Below, piece by piece: positions 13,450-26,780 of a DNA stretch of 63,931 nucleotides; the stretch's first letter is position 1, and every line of letters starts with the position of its first letter. The stretch covers positions 67,142,802 through 67,206,732 of the forward strand of contig NC_068984.1 of the NCBI RefSeq assembly GCF_001194135.2, in the 5' to 3' direction. The notes beneath the pieces are model-generated. The model worked only from the letters and a program-made list of their open reading frames with translations, was not told where the DNA came from and made no database searches. The translations under genes were made by a program, and so were the position numbers. Source of the DNA: Octopus bimaculoides (taxonomy: Eukaryota).

Positions 13450-14830
13450 ATCTCAGAAAATTATTACTTAAGGGAGCCTTCGCTGCTATGTTAAGAAGGT
13501 CGAGTGACCTGTAGGGTTCCTTTAGATCAGTGTTTGGAAATTTTGAACTTTGTGACTAAGTATCATATGCTTAAACAAATGGAGTAGAACAATTGAGTTT
13601 GGGAAGACGTACATTTTAGTAGTACAGTATCAAGTTGAAAGTTTGTAATGTAGCGTTATACGCACGGATGTTACTTACAAGGCTGCCTTGTTTAAGGAGA
13701 AGCGATCCTTGTGAAAATAACAAACTGCACGCTGGGAAACAAAAGAAGCTTGCGGGCAATTCAAATACTTGAAAATATTCTTTGTTTTTCTATTGGCTAC
13801 GTTGTAGGCATTGTGATTGTACTTCAACCACTCGCCGGTGGTTATAGTAAGTGCTCTAGGTAGGATTCTTTGTGTGTGGATCTGTAAAGAATGATTATTG
13901 ATAAACCAACAAGGAAACCTCAACATAGCTATTCTACTAACTGGAAATAACTGCCATCCCTCTCTCAAATCTTATCTTAAATAAATAGAAAGATGTATTA
14001 GTTAATGCAGGCCGACATATATTTGGAAAGCTTTTGATCAGAGGTGATCGCAATTTAATACAAAGCTGTACTTCAGGTCTGAGGTTGTAGGTTTTGGTTT
14101 TGTGAGCTATATAGAGGGACATATCTCTCGGTCACTTCCTTAAATGTCGCAGATGGCTCGGAAATGTAGTGCATTTTCTGTCAAATAATATAGGTGTCTG
14201 AGTTTTCACAAAGTAATCGAATTGAAGAATCAAATGATTCGGAGGTTAGATGTTGAGCAGAAAGAAGATATGGGGCATAATGACTTGATTATGCAATGGT
14301 CCGTTAATTTCTGATGACGGATAAAAATTAGCAGAGTGAAGGATGATTTAGGAGGTGAAAACGAAATGTGGAGTATTTGAAAAGTTACTGTGTCGGCAAA
14401 GATCACAGATTGGTGAGGAAGTTGGTGGCGTAGGCTTGAGAGAATTGCAAACGCCAAGAGATGCTGTGTACATTGAATTTTCTGATGATGATAGCGTCAG
14501 TGAAAAGTGAAATGAAGTAGACGTCCTTGATGTGAAATAAGAGATAAGTCAATAAATACTTGTGGTTGCATACATTTAGACAACAGTATAAAGACAGGAG
14601 ATGAACTGAGAGAAATGCAGAAGACTCAGAGACAGTGAGAATTTTGTTTGGAGAACTGAATAGTTGGTAAAGTGGTTGCTTCTATGCCTAAAAATCCCTT
14701 TCACAGGAAGTTGGGAAAACAGAGTATATCCTAGGCAACAGAGATGGGCTTGAGATTGAAAATTTTGTCTTAAATAGATAAATGTAGTGCTTTGCCTGTC
14801 AGTTGAAAGGTTGATCAATATCAATGTTCA
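13450..14830 (-). mobile_element. Highly degenerate L2-like LINE RT/ORF2 relic
   Basis: In order on the minus strand: NFNLKPIS/SLLP (cf. NYRPISLLP), QLPHQSVIFADTVTF (cf. LFADD), FN..KTQ, RIAMLRF..SLQIHTQRILP..W (cf. KLGVLRR..LLTLYKGLIRP..W), VCYFHKDRFS (cf. FYRYFHA). Very decayed. Confidence 0.4.
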
Positions 14831-15944
14831 TGAAATTCAGAAGTTTCTCTCCAGGAATAATAAAAACAAAATCAAAACGAAAAACAAAAAAAACAAAAAC
14901 CCATATATATCAGTACAGATAGGAGCAACGTGGTGTTCTTTCAATATCGGAATGGTTGTTTAAAGAGCGAAAAAAGAAATCCTATAAACGTATATAATAC
15001 TATAGAGTCAAAATGATCCTGCTGAGAGATAATTAGAAAATATCTAGGAGACTATGTTTGAATTGTATCACGAGAAAACAGATGTGGGTACAAATTAATG
15101 AGGATTATGATGATGCTGAGTATAATAAGGATGACGAAAATGATGATGACATTGAAGATGATGATGAGGAGATGATAGCAATGATGTTCCTAATATTAAA
15201 ATATGCATGAAAATAACTTTGATCTTGATGATGACGATGATGACGAAGACAAATATGATAATGATGCTGTTACTGGTGTTTTGGGAAGATGAGGATGAGA
15301 AAGTAAGTGATATTTGATATAACTAAGACTGGTAAACGCGTAACTGGTAAACTGATTCAAGTTTTCTCAATTTGGTAAAACGAAATAAATACTAGTGTGT
15401 AGCGGTTTTTGAATACATCGTTTTATAAAAATGATAATCACTTTTATATAAACTGTGGAGTTCATGCATTGAATTAATTTGATCCTGACTACAGAATATG
15501 AAAGGATGGACATAGAAATGGAGGGCAGCCTTGATAATTTTCCCTTGTTTAACACAACTCACAAGCCATTTGGTGCTTTTTAGTAGATTTCACTCCATTT
15601 CAAGTATTCAGACAAACCAGGTCTTCAGTCTGAAGATCACTCCACATCATGTAATGCTTCTTACTACAATGATTGCGTGTCATGCTAAATCTAGACCCCC
15701 CGCAAAAAAAAAAACAAAAGAAAACAAACAAACAAACAAACAAACAAACCAAAAAAAAACGAAACATTTATTAAATACGGAAAGAGCTGACTAAATGAGC
15801 CTGCTTCTTTACCGATACTAATTTTATCGATGCTACTTGGCTGAAAGGCACAGTTAACTTTATCAAGATTTGAACTTGGAATATATTTTGTTACCTCTTA
15901 TATCTTTAGTCTACTGGTCCAACAAATATGCTAATAATAAGAAT

Positions 15945-16159
15945 AATTCTTTCTATTGGAAGCACAAGGCCTCAAATTTGGGGGAAGGGATTAAGTCGAA
16001 TACATCGACCCCAGTGCGTAACTGGTACTTATTTAATGGACCCCGAAAGGATGAAAAGCAAAGTCGACCTCGGTGGAATTTGAACTCAGGACGCAGCGAT
16101 AGACAAAATACCGCTAAGCATTTCGCCCGGCGTGCTAACGATTCTGCCAGCTCACTGCC
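15945..16159 (-). mobile_element. tRNA-derived SINE, family A (Deu/Nin-like core)
   Basis: Reverse complement starts GGCAGTGAGCTGGCAGAATCGTTAGC (Pol III A-box-like), has GAGTTCAAATTCC (B-box), the core TTTCATCCTTTCGGGGTC..TAAATAAGTACCAG and an ATT-rich tail. Many related copies in the window. Confidence 0.9.
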
Positions 16160-16613
16160 TATATGTTAATAATACACGGACAAAAGGTCAAAATAAATCA
16201 TACTTATATGTACTCTTTTATACATATTGAGTTTTATTGAAAATTATCGAGGAATAAAATGGAGAATAAGACGAAAACGGAAACGAGGTAAACCTTGCAT
16301 CATTTGTATAGAGNNNNNNNNNNNNNNNNNNNNNNNNNNNNNNNNNNNNNNNNNNNNNNNNNNNNNNNNNNNNNNNNNNNNNNNNNNNNNNNNNNNNNNN
16401 NNNNNNNNNNNNNNNNNNNNNNNNNNNNNNNNNNNNNNNNNNNNNNNNNNNNNNNNNNNNNNNNNNNNNNNNNNNNNNNNNNNNNNNNNNNNNNNNNNNN
16501 NNNNNNNNNNNNNNNNNNNNNNNNNNNNNNNNNNNNNNNNNNNNNNNNNNNNNNNNNNNNNNNNNNNNNNNNNNNNNNNNNNNNNNNNNNNNNNNNNNNN
16601 NNNNNNNNNNNNN

Positions 16614-16672
<59 letters not shown>

Positions 16673-18679
16673 ATGTATATCTATACATACATGCATGCAC
16701 TCACACATCTACACATCATAGATAAATACAAATTGTATGGTGAAACATTTCTCACATTGAATACAGAATGAAAGCATGTTAATAGAGTTAGTTTCTTTGA
16801 AAGAAGGGATATAAGAAGTTAATGTCCAGTTATTTCTTAGATTGCATTTCGTCATGAACATACTTTGTTACCAAGAAAATAGCAAGTCAATATTCTTGCT
16901 TTTGAATATCTTGCTCAAGCATGCATTAAGTGACATTTCCAAAGAAGACTGTGATTTTCTGCTTCAGCCAATGCATTCTTTCCGATTTTCTCAATACCAA
17001 TGCCCTTGATGTATGTCCATTAGAATAAATAGAGCTAATTTATGATGCAAGGGTAGCCGAAACTTCTTTAGAAGTAGTTATAGAGATATGTCACACGTAA
17101 CAAAACATAAAACATTCCTAAGCCAATGTAGAGAAATCTACTTCTGTTGAATAATAGGAAGTGTATCCTTCTCTCAAGAAACAATAACAATTTTTACTTT
17201 CTAAATTTACTGAGCATTACAATAGAGAGAAATGAAATGAGCCGATACTTTTCACGTTTTCCTGTTGAGCTTAGACTAAAGTCTTTAAATCCTTATCACA
17301 AAAAGAGGCAAACAACAAACAACAAACTTTCTTTCTTACAAAATAAAAAGAAAACAAAAATTTTGCAAATTTCTGCTGATTTCCACTGTATTAAGTCTGA
17401 AAGATTATTCATACTTTTTCTCTATTACTAATGTATTTTTAATGTCTTTTATTCTTATAAAGGGAAATACGGATCGACGGTGGAGGATTGTATGCAGCAT
17501 ATTGAACGGCTCCATTTATCTTTCATTTCATACAGTCATTTTAGAGATTGGCTAACAGCGAACTCAGTTTCTGTTCTTCCCAAGAAATTTTTATAAATCT
17601 GATCCGACCGAATACGAATTGCTATCTTTTGAGTTCAAATGGATTCTATATGCCTGCTTTATAATCTATAAAATCGCAGAGAAAAATATCTTAAGTCATG
17701 CGTGTCGGGATAAATTGCATATTATTATGTTTAGAAAAGCAAACAAGAAAACTTAAATTCAATATTTAAAGTAGATTTTGTTAATTAATATGTGTAAAGC
17801 TGGTGTTCCATTCCGTAGCTACATTCAGATAGTCAAACGTGTGATACACCAAATATCTCAGGAGAGGATAACTGAATTAACACACATCCTTCCGCGCATG
17901 TTTTAAAAAAAAATGTGCGAAAGAGCTCTGGAGGCGTAAAGCGCGTCTATCAGCTGAGATATCTACATGAGTGACTTGAAGGTCTAAGCAATTATAGCAG
18001 TAACAAACTATAAATGTAAGTGTCAGACATTTATCAAAATTGATTTAATTGGTTATATCTTCTTACGAAAATTAAACTCGGCTAAAATGTTTTGGATGTG
18101 TGTGCCTCGACGAGATAAACATTTGTCAGAAATATTATATAAAGGACTAAATTTTGTAATGGTATATAAAATTCTGAATGAACTTAACTGCTAAGATTTT
18201 GAACTAAAATTACTCTTAGACCTTACAAGCATTAATTTAAGACAAAGGATAATTCTTTTGACTCAAATTGATGCTTATATCGCATATCGCTTTACATAAT
18301 TCTATTTTAGCTTTGTTTCAACGATACTAGAATCTTACAAGGGCAAGTAGGTTTTAAGAAAACTAAATTACAATAATTGCAGTGTAACCACATAATTTTA
18401 TAAAAATGAATGCATTTATTTCAGTTGAATAGGATTTTAAAATCAATTCTCATTGTCTTTCCTTGTTGTCCATTTGATTCATTGTCATATTAAGAATGAT
18501 ATTTCTCTTGTTCGCCTTCACTAGTTAAATCTAGTGAGTTGAATAATTAAGGATACTTCATTTCAATTTTATTGAATTATATAAAATGATTATATCTCAC
18601 TGAAACTATAACTTACACAAATCATTCGTTCCTACTTGTATATCAAAAGGATTGCATATATGTGTATGCACACACACAA

Positions 18680-18681
<2 letters not shown>

Positions 18682-18722
<41 letters not shown>

Positions 18723-18770
18723 ATATGCATATATACATTTATACATACATATATGCAAACATATACACAT

Positions 18771-18837
<67 letters not shown>

Positions 18838-18870
18838 TTCAGACACTCAGACACACACACACACACACTT
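18682..18870. repeat. (TA)n/(TACA)n/(CA)n compound microsatellite
   Basis: Directly visible. Confidence 0.95.
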
Positions 18871-20394
18871 ATATACATTCAATAAAGTTTATTATGGCAA
18901 CCAGACACAAGCCAACCACATACTGCTGAACATCATGAGAATGAATGATAATTTTCAAAAATATTATAACACTGAATAATATTAGCAATTGTTACTCTAC
19001 TGTGTAAAAGTATATTTCCAATAAGTAAGGTTGGACATAAGGTGAATTTACATTGTGTACACCTCATAATATTATGGCTTGCATAGAACCCTTCCTAATC
19101 AATGCGCCACTCACGCATGCTTGAATCATTACACTACTGATAAGTTTCTGGTACATATTAAGTAATAAATGTTAAAGCAATAAAAAGCTTCAATACAGTT
19201 ATTAAAATTAATTACACAATGAAATTTAGAATATCAATATAAATATAAAACAAAAAGAAAATATTACAATGTAATCATGAATATATATGGAATTGGAGAT
19301 CGCTCAACAATAAGCATGCAATACTTAAGGATTTTATGGTAATAATAAGTGTAACAATACAGATGCCGGACTCGAGTTTTGAAGATATGTTTCTGTTAAA
19401 CCCGTCAATAAAAATCTTTAACAGAAAATGTATTGATTCTCTATAAAATATAACGTTAGGAACAGAAAATAAATGCAGAATGCTTTAAAACCAACATAAG
19501 TAGTAATTAAACATACATTGTTTTATTAACCTGAACCAAAATATAAATATATTTTTATCAATAATATGATGCTTATGCAATTTTAAATATATGTATTGTA
19601 TATAGAATTGAGCAAGGAAATGCAACAGAAGTACCTGTCATGACTGCTGGAAATTATGGAAAAATATGAAATTTCCAAAACGTAATTTAATTGCGGAACT
19701 CTCCAAACTGTATCAAAATATTTGGACACCGCAAATGTTTCAGCGTTATATCGCAAATATAAATAAAGTTTACCTTCTGAAAAAAATGGAGTTTCGGACA
19801 TTGTGGTTACGATATGCTCAAGCGTATAGTATGAAAACGTAATTTTATTATGGCTACTGAAATTAACAAAGAGCGTGAGGTATTGAAGCACATTTGGCAT
19901 ATGTAGTGGAGCTTTCGAGTAGCTGGTCCACCTGCGAGTTATAACAGCTAAATGTTCCTTCAATTATATTCTATCACTTTAAAATGAGGTAGTTTACACT
20001 GGATGTATGCATTCTGAAAAACATGGGTCCATCATAACTAGGATGTCTTTGAAGATAAGTCTTACTGATCAAAGCAGATGTATAGGTAAAGAACAACAAC
20101 GAAACGGTAGTTAATCTTAGGTATCCCCAAACTGGAAACAAGTCCATAATCCACATATTTCAAACGAAGGAGATGCAAAAATAAATAAATATTTACAAAG
20201 CAGTCTGGTAAGAATGAAAAGAAATGGTGGCAATCTCTCGCCCGATTTAAGAACACTGGCACCATTAGAGAGCCTTTAAGAGAAGGCACTCTGGCTCGCA
20301 TTCAGATTATTATCTCCAATAAGCGACCAAATCGCCCTACGAGTACCAACTGCCCGGCAGGAAAGAAGCGGTAGAAAGGTGGGAAGATGACATG

Positions 20395-20590
20395 ATACAT
20401 CGTGTATCCTACCTCTGCATCGCATTGATGACACTACCACGAACATCTTTCCGATTAAAAGCAAGTTCTCCAGCTGTTTTGCCACTTTAGCCCATCCATT
20501 GCCTTCTTTGCTCGCATCTTGATCCACTTCCCTCCACTCTTCCTTCCATGATTATATTTTCCAGACCTCGATTTCTTCGAATATGACCAT
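20395..20590 (-). mobile_element. RTE-clade LINE 3' end fragment
   Basis: Minus strand GHIRRNRGLENIIMEGRVEGSGSRCEQRRQWM, then ELAFNRKDVRGSV, matching the RTE C-terminal pattern GHxxRRxxLEKxIMEGKVEGKRxRGRPRRRW...LAQDRxxWR. Confidence 0.7.
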
Positions 20591-21937
20591 AATAGATGAT
20601 AAAGTACTAATAGCAGAAAGTAGAAGTGCAAACATTTTGAAAAGCATGAAAGTATCAGTAAGAGAACCATTGAAAAATGCGTTTGTGTGACATCGAGCTC
20701 TCAGCTTTTCTTCATCTTTCAACCTCTCTTTAATCTTTCTTTTGCTTTCTCTCACTCTTTGAGGAAGATTCGAACACACAGAAAGAGAAAGAGACACATG
20801 GAAAGAGAGGCATGCAGAGAGAGAAAGGAAGGAGAATGCGGTGATTTATTGTTATATGTAGTTCATTAAAAAATCCTTCTAGAGGGAACCTTGAAATTAA
20901 TAATGTGGCATATATTAAACAGTGCAACGCAGTCTCTCATATAAGAAAACATGAAATGGCTCCGATTTGGCGATCTTTTAAACATAGGCTTTCTCGGTCA
21001 CAACAACATTTAAAGAAAATGATAAATACAAAAGTGAGAATATTTTTAGAAGAAGAATCCCCATACGACCTGAATTGAAAACTTAACTAAATATAAGACC
21101 CTTAAATACGACTATTTGTGTATATAAATTTATGTTCTTAAGACATTAAATGTAGTGTCATACTAATGGAATTCTTTTAACAACACCATTCTTATACGTA
21201 TGATGGTCATCAGTAAAGCAAATAAATCAAAATACATTCATTATCTTAAACATAGACGTCTACATACATAAACTAGACATTTTAAATGACATATTGACAT
21301 TTATCAAAATTAATGACGACGATTGCACTTAAGAAAGAAGAATATAGCAAACTACTTAATTAGAGTTTATTTCTACTGAATTATGTATTTTCATATGTGT
21401 CTATGAGCCACCAACATAGACATTTACGATGTAGCACGTTCTTCTAAAAATAGTAGGCAAATCCCCTTCAAATCTCACTCTCCAATCTTATGAATCGAGA
21501 GAGCTGCTACACGTAACGACAATCTAATATAATTAGTAGATAAGCCTCCCTCTCTTCACATTCCAATGGAATACGAATGTAAATATACATGTATGAACCA
21601 GCAAAGTAAAGTATATATATTAGCTAGAAATGTAAGAAATAAGAACCAATTCTCCTTGAAATCAGACTGTCATTTCATGTCTGTACAGGTATACCTGTTT
21701 TGTATAATATACATGTACTAGTATAATCGTGCCCTCAGAAATCATGTTTTAAAATAAAAATACTGGAAACAGTTTTCACAAATACATCGACGTATTATAC
21801 ATTCTATATATTTGATATAGACTAAGATAGTAAGGTTTATAAGATATTTACTGAAAATAATTTGAAAAACTGGATCCAAAGAGAATTAGACAAGTGGAAG
21901 ATTTATAAAATTGTCTGAATATTTTGTTGAAAACAAA

Positions 21938-22128
21938 GGCGGCGAGCTGGGAAGATCGTTAGCACGCCAACAGTCTATCTCCATGTTCTAAGTTCAAACA
22001 CCGCCGAGATCAACTATGCTTTCATGCTCCTGGGGTCGATAAAATAAGTACCAGTTGAGTACTGAAGTCGATGTAATCGACGTAACCCTCCCCCGAGCTT
22101 GCTGGCCTTGTTCCAAAATTTGAAATCA
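21938..22128 (+). mobile_element. SINE family A copy
   Basis: GGCGGCGAGCTGG head, AGTTCAAAC B-box-like, GGGGTCGATAAAATAAGTACCAG core, GTCGATGTAATCGAC inverted repeat. Confidence 0.9.
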
Positions 22129-22483
22129 ATATTTTATTGAAATTTAAAAATGAAATAAGCTCTTTGTTTTCTACTTCTTTATCTACAATTGCTGAAGATG
22201 TTTAAAAACTATCATTTTATCAAATTACGGATGAGCCCACAGAAATTCACACTGAAAGTTATTAATGCTCATGACTTATGTTGGTCATTGGAAAACTTCG
22301 GCGCGACGGGAATTTTTAAATGGCTCACCTAACGAACAATCTATTTTTAGTAGTGCAGCCTGCATAATGATGAATCAAGTCTCATGCGGTTTGCTACTCG
22401 AAGAACGGTTGCCCAAGTCCGATGCATGCCAAGGCATGTGAAGAATATCTGCGGATTTTACTACTTATTTACTTTGCTTCCTA

Positions 22484-22683
22484 TCTTTCTTTTACTTGTT
22501 TTAGTCATTAGACTGTGGCCATGCTGGTGTCCCTTCTTGAAGAATTTTAGTCGAATGAATCGACCCCAGTACTTATCTAGTAAGCCTAGTACTTATTCCA
22601 TCGGTCAGTGTTGCCGAGCCGCTAAGCTACAGGGACGTAAAGACACTCACACGGTTTGTCAAGCGATGGTGGAGGACCAACAC
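22484..22683 (-). mobile_element. SINE family B, 3' half
   Basis: Reverse-complement match to the 3' half of the full copy at 56475-56892 (CCACCATCGCTTGACAA..CTTAGCGG.TCGGCAA..CAGCATGGC..AAACAAGTAAAAG); adjoins (CA)n. Confidence 0.8.
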
Positions 22684-23117
22684 AGACAAACATACACACT
22701 CACACACGCGTGCGCACGCACACACACACACACACATGCACACACACAGACTCATGCACGCAGGATTGATAGATGAGTAAATAAATCTAAACGCAAAACT
22801 ATTAGGGCTTGAGATGTTTCAATGATCAGCGAGTGTATATATGTGTAGATACGTGTATCTCCTGAATAAATACGCATGTGTTTGTTTGTGTGAGTGTGTG
22901 TGTGTGTTTGCGTGTGTGAGTGTGTGTGTGTATGTGGTGTGTGTGTGTGTGTGTTAGCGTGGGTACATATTGACAGAGACTGAAGTTGAAAAGTTTACAA
23001 AGTTTATTGTTACGTCATAATATCATATAATATATGCAGGACATTACGCACATAATGTATGACTATGAAGTCCGTGTTTATCAAAATACATTTCATTCTC
23101 GAAGTTTAAAAGAATCC

Positions 23118-23288
23118 ATCGTTTATCTTTTACTTGTATCACGCCTTGAAGGGTTTTTTGTCGAACAAATTGACCTCAGCCCTTTTTTGTATGCCTATCG
23201 GTCTATTTTGCCGAACCGTTAAATTATGGGAGACATAAACACACTAACATGGGCTATCAAGCAGTGATGGGGAAATACACACACACAC
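23118..23288 (-). mobile_element. SINE family B, 3' half
   Basis: TTGCCGAACCGTTAAATTATGGGAGACATAAACACAC is the reverse complement of the family B 3' segment. Confidence 0.75.
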
Positions 23289-23406
23289 AATTTGGATCAA
23301 TCCAAAGCTTTCCACAGAGTGGACCATCGATACTTGGAGGCTGTCCTCATGGCGGCTGGTTTCGATCCCGTTTTCTGCGGCTGAATCGTTGCCCTATACA
23401 AAGGCG
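23289..23406 (+). mobile_element. L1/Tx1-like LINE RT fragment
   Basis: NLDQSKAFHRVDHRYLEAVLMAAGFDPVFCG*IVALYKG matches the non-LTR RT motif LDxxKAFDRVDH..L...GFG..F..WI..LY. Confidence 0.75.
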
Positions 23407-23982
23407 ACGAGAATGTATCTAAAGTGTATAGTATTCTGACAGAAAGGTCACCCAAATTTCTCTAAAACCACTGCCTTATGTGTGTGTGTGTGTATATATG
23501 TGTATGAAACAACAAAAGAGACCTTTACAGACTCGAGATAACGGTCTGAAACAGTAGCTAAGTCACACTGAATGTAAACAGAAAGATTATAGATTGTTAT
23601 TCTTCTATTTTAATAACCGGAGGTGTATTTACACGTCCAGTAATTAGATTTGTGTCATGAGATAGAAAGTAATAAACATGAGATAGAAAGTACTAAACAT
23701 ATTCGCTGACTGATGAACCGGTTTTTTGGGGGCTGCATCGAGCTGTATTGATATATTGTAGGATAAATATGGACTGTGATCTTAAGAGACATGTGATTTG
23801 TGGAAACGGACATAGCGATGCATTAAAATGTTTATAAGTTCCATCTAAGGATTGTTGCTATTATTATTATATAAACACACACACGCATACACACACACAT
23901 ATATACGTATATATATGTATGTATGTGTGTGTATATATATGTATGTATGTATGTGTGTGTGTATATATGTATGTGTTCGTGT

Positions 23983-24024
<42 letters not shown>

Positions 24025-24177
24025 NNNNNNNNNNNNNNNNNNNNNNNNNNNNNNNNNNNNNNNNNNNNNNNNNNNNNNNNNNNNNNNNNNNNNNNNNNNN
24101 NNNNNNNNNNNNNNNNNNNNNNNNNNNNNNNNNNNTATATAGATATATTATATATATATATATATATATACATATAT

Positions 24178-24322
24178 ACGACGGGCTTCTTTCAGTTTCC
24201 GTCTACTAAATCCACTCACAAGGCTTTGGTCGGCCCGAGGCTATAGCAGAAGACACTTGCCCAAGGTGCCACGCAGTGGGAATGAACTCGGCACCATGTG
24301 ATTGGTAAGCAAGCTTCTTAAC
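24178..24322 (-). mobile_element. SINE family B, 5' half (tRNA-like head + CORE-like CCTTGGGCAAGTGTCTTC)
   Basis: Reverse-complement match to 56480-56620, ending at the internal (TA)n tract. Confidence 0.85.
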
Positions 24323-24567
24323 GCATACATTCTATATGTGTTTTAAATTTATACGCAGTCTATATTTTGTATATGTATTTCATAGAATTCTCGGAAATGT
24401 GCTGCACTTAAGTTCTGAAATGTTATTATGTTGAATCGTATAGGGTGCATCGTATCAAAAGAATTAGCCGACGTTCTCCCTGAAGTAACTTTGAAAAAGA
24501 AAAATATATCCGAACATGCAGCGCAGGTTTTTCAGTGTTAAATGGAAAAGTGTTATTCTCCATCGAA

Positions 24568-24867
24568 GGCGTATAACTTTGTGGTTAGAGAATTCGGCTC
24601 ACGATCCTGATGTAGCGAGTTCAATAAATGATGGTGCGTTGTATTCTTGAGCAAGAAACTTTATTTCGCGTTGCTCTAGTTCACTCAGCGAGCAAAAGTG
24701 AGTTTTCTTGTAATTTAAGGGGCCAACCTTGTTACACTGAATCTGCCAGTGAACTACGTTAAGGGTACGCGTGTCTGTGAAGTGCTCAACCGTTTCCACG
24801 TTAATTTCACGAGGAGTCTTTTCCGTTGATCGAATCAAGTGGAACACTCATCGTTGTAACTGACTAT
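24568..24867 (+). mobile_element. tRNA-derived SINE, family C
   Basis: TGTGGTTAGAG A-box-like and GAGTTCAA B-box-like motifs, followed by CORE-like TCTTGAGCAAGAAACTTTA; ends before an (AG)/(GATA)n tract. Only one clear copy in the window. Confidence 0.6.
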
Positions 24868-24900
24868 CATCAGAGAGAAAAAGAGAGAGACAGGAGAGAG

Positions 24901-24905
<5 letters not shown>

Positions 24906-24945
<40 letters not shown>

Positions 24946-24955
24946 GATAGACAGA
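24906..24955. repeat. (GATA)n tetranucleotide microsatellite
   Basis: Directly visible. Confidence 0.95.
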
Positions 24956-25637
24956 GAGATACCTCACCACCTACATAAAATATCTGAGTTTCCTAGCTAA
25001 TATCGCCAGGTGTTCTGGTGTCAATTTCCGTCATATAAATGAAATTAGAAGCGCAGAACAATGTCTATTTGAAATCATGATCATCGACCTCAGTTATTTC
25101 ATTTCTATGGTGCAAAGCATAGCTACATGAGATAGAAAGCAATAAACATATATCTAAATTTTTTTCCGATTGAAAGCAATAACTGAACTCTTTTAAATAA
25201 AAAAATACAACAACAAAATAATAACTACAAAGAAACAACATCTAAAAATTTGAAAAACCGCAGTTTAACGCGATTGAATATCATTTCGATATCACAATTT
25301 TAGCATGACGTCATAATATTTGCAATGCGTATTTTATCGAAATATTTTTAAAAGGCCATGAAATGCCGAAAGTTGATTGAAAGCGACAAAGATCTTCTTT
25401 AGTTGAATTATAGTTTCTTTTTGACTGACAAGGTAAAACAGAGTTCATCTGATTTTGTTTCCTATTTATCCATTTGCCATTCAAGTAGCTTTAAAAAACA
25501 CATAGACACAAATGCACGTGCACACATACATAAGCAATGAAGTCTCATACACACACTCATACATATATGCACACATATTATATGGAAGAGAGAGAGAGGG
25601 GGGAGAAGGAGATAGAAAATGAGAGCGAGAAAGTTGT

Positions 25638-25676
<39 letters not shown>

Positions 25677-26241
25677 AAGAGATGCTAATGATATGTACAT
25701 TGCATCGTTTATAGTTATTTAATTGATTTCATAGATATACGACAATTTATACATGTTATATTAGCTGGAAATAATATATTCTTCCTGTATTTGTTTTACA
25801 ATTCCAAAACGGTAGAAACGGCGAATGATGCAGAAAAATGTTTCCATATCAGATCTTTTCATTATAGCAAGTTTGCTTACTTGTTTTTGAGTTCAAATTA
25901 TAATGGATTCAATTTGGCATTTTACTTCACCGAGAAACTCAAAACAAGTAGAATTAAACGGGACAAAGTGTGAACCTCACTGCGACTTCTAGATTTGTTT
26001 GTTTGCGAAAGCTAAATAATCCTTAAATCCCAGTCGTCCAAAAGAAAGTGTAATACATTAGACAATGTAGACTCTAAGGAAAAGAACGGCTTTGTAAGGG
26101 TTGATGTGGGGGCTTAACAGTGACAAAAACAAGCAAATATTAATAGAATGATATAATTTATTCTAATGAATAATATATTTTTGAACATGAATTTCAGCAT
26201 TATCTAAAATAACGCTATATGTGTAGGTTAAACCACATATA

Positions 26242-26780
26242 CAGGGTGTCCTAAAAGTCACTGATGGATTTCAATTTTTAATAACTTCCTTAACTTTACA
26301 AATAAATGCATGAAATTTTGATACAATATAAAGGACATAATGGAAATTAATGTATACAAGTCATATTTTGCAACACAACTACATCACATATGGAAAAGGA
26401 CATCGCTTATATGGCAGTCATTTTCTGCTGCGCAAGCCTGTGCTCTTTCCAAAACCTGAACCATAACACCCTCAAGAGTTTCAGAGCCCAACTTCTATGG
26501 TTTATCTATTGATGTTCTCCTTCACTTGCACCAGGATCTCCAGTTTGTTGACGTAAACCCTCTCTTTCAGGTATCCCCACAAGAAAAAAATCCGGGCTAG
26601 TCAAGTCTGAGGAACATGAAAGCCAGTTGAGATTAGCAGGAGATTATTCTCTCTCCAAAGTACTGCCGTAGCAACTGCTTTGTTTCTCTTGCGGTATGAG
26701 CAGTTGCCCCATTTTGCTGGAACTGTGTGTGAGGTCTACTTTGAAGGGCCTTCAATATCTCAAATGGTTTACCCTATTTT
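26242..26780 (-). mobile_element. Tc1/mariner DNA transposon 3' part, probably rosa (DD41D)-like, decayed
   Basis: TA|CAGGGTG terminal repeat at 26240-26248. Minus strand FQQNGATAHTARETKQLLRQYFGERIIS..NWLSCSSDLTSPDFF/WGYLKERVYVNK...RAQACAAENDCHISDVLFHM*. About 40-41 residues between the 2nd and 3rd catalytic Asp positions (frameshift in between). Confidence 0.85.

Noticed and set aside
18636-18979. YIYI, HTHT, CVCV, poly-L, poly-Y and poly-P ORFs throughout the window
   Set aside because: Direct translations of (TA)n, (CA)n and trinucleotide microsatellites.
19583-19963. 126-aa minus-strand ORF
   Set aside because: No recognisable domain or splice context; composition fits a random AT-rich ORF.
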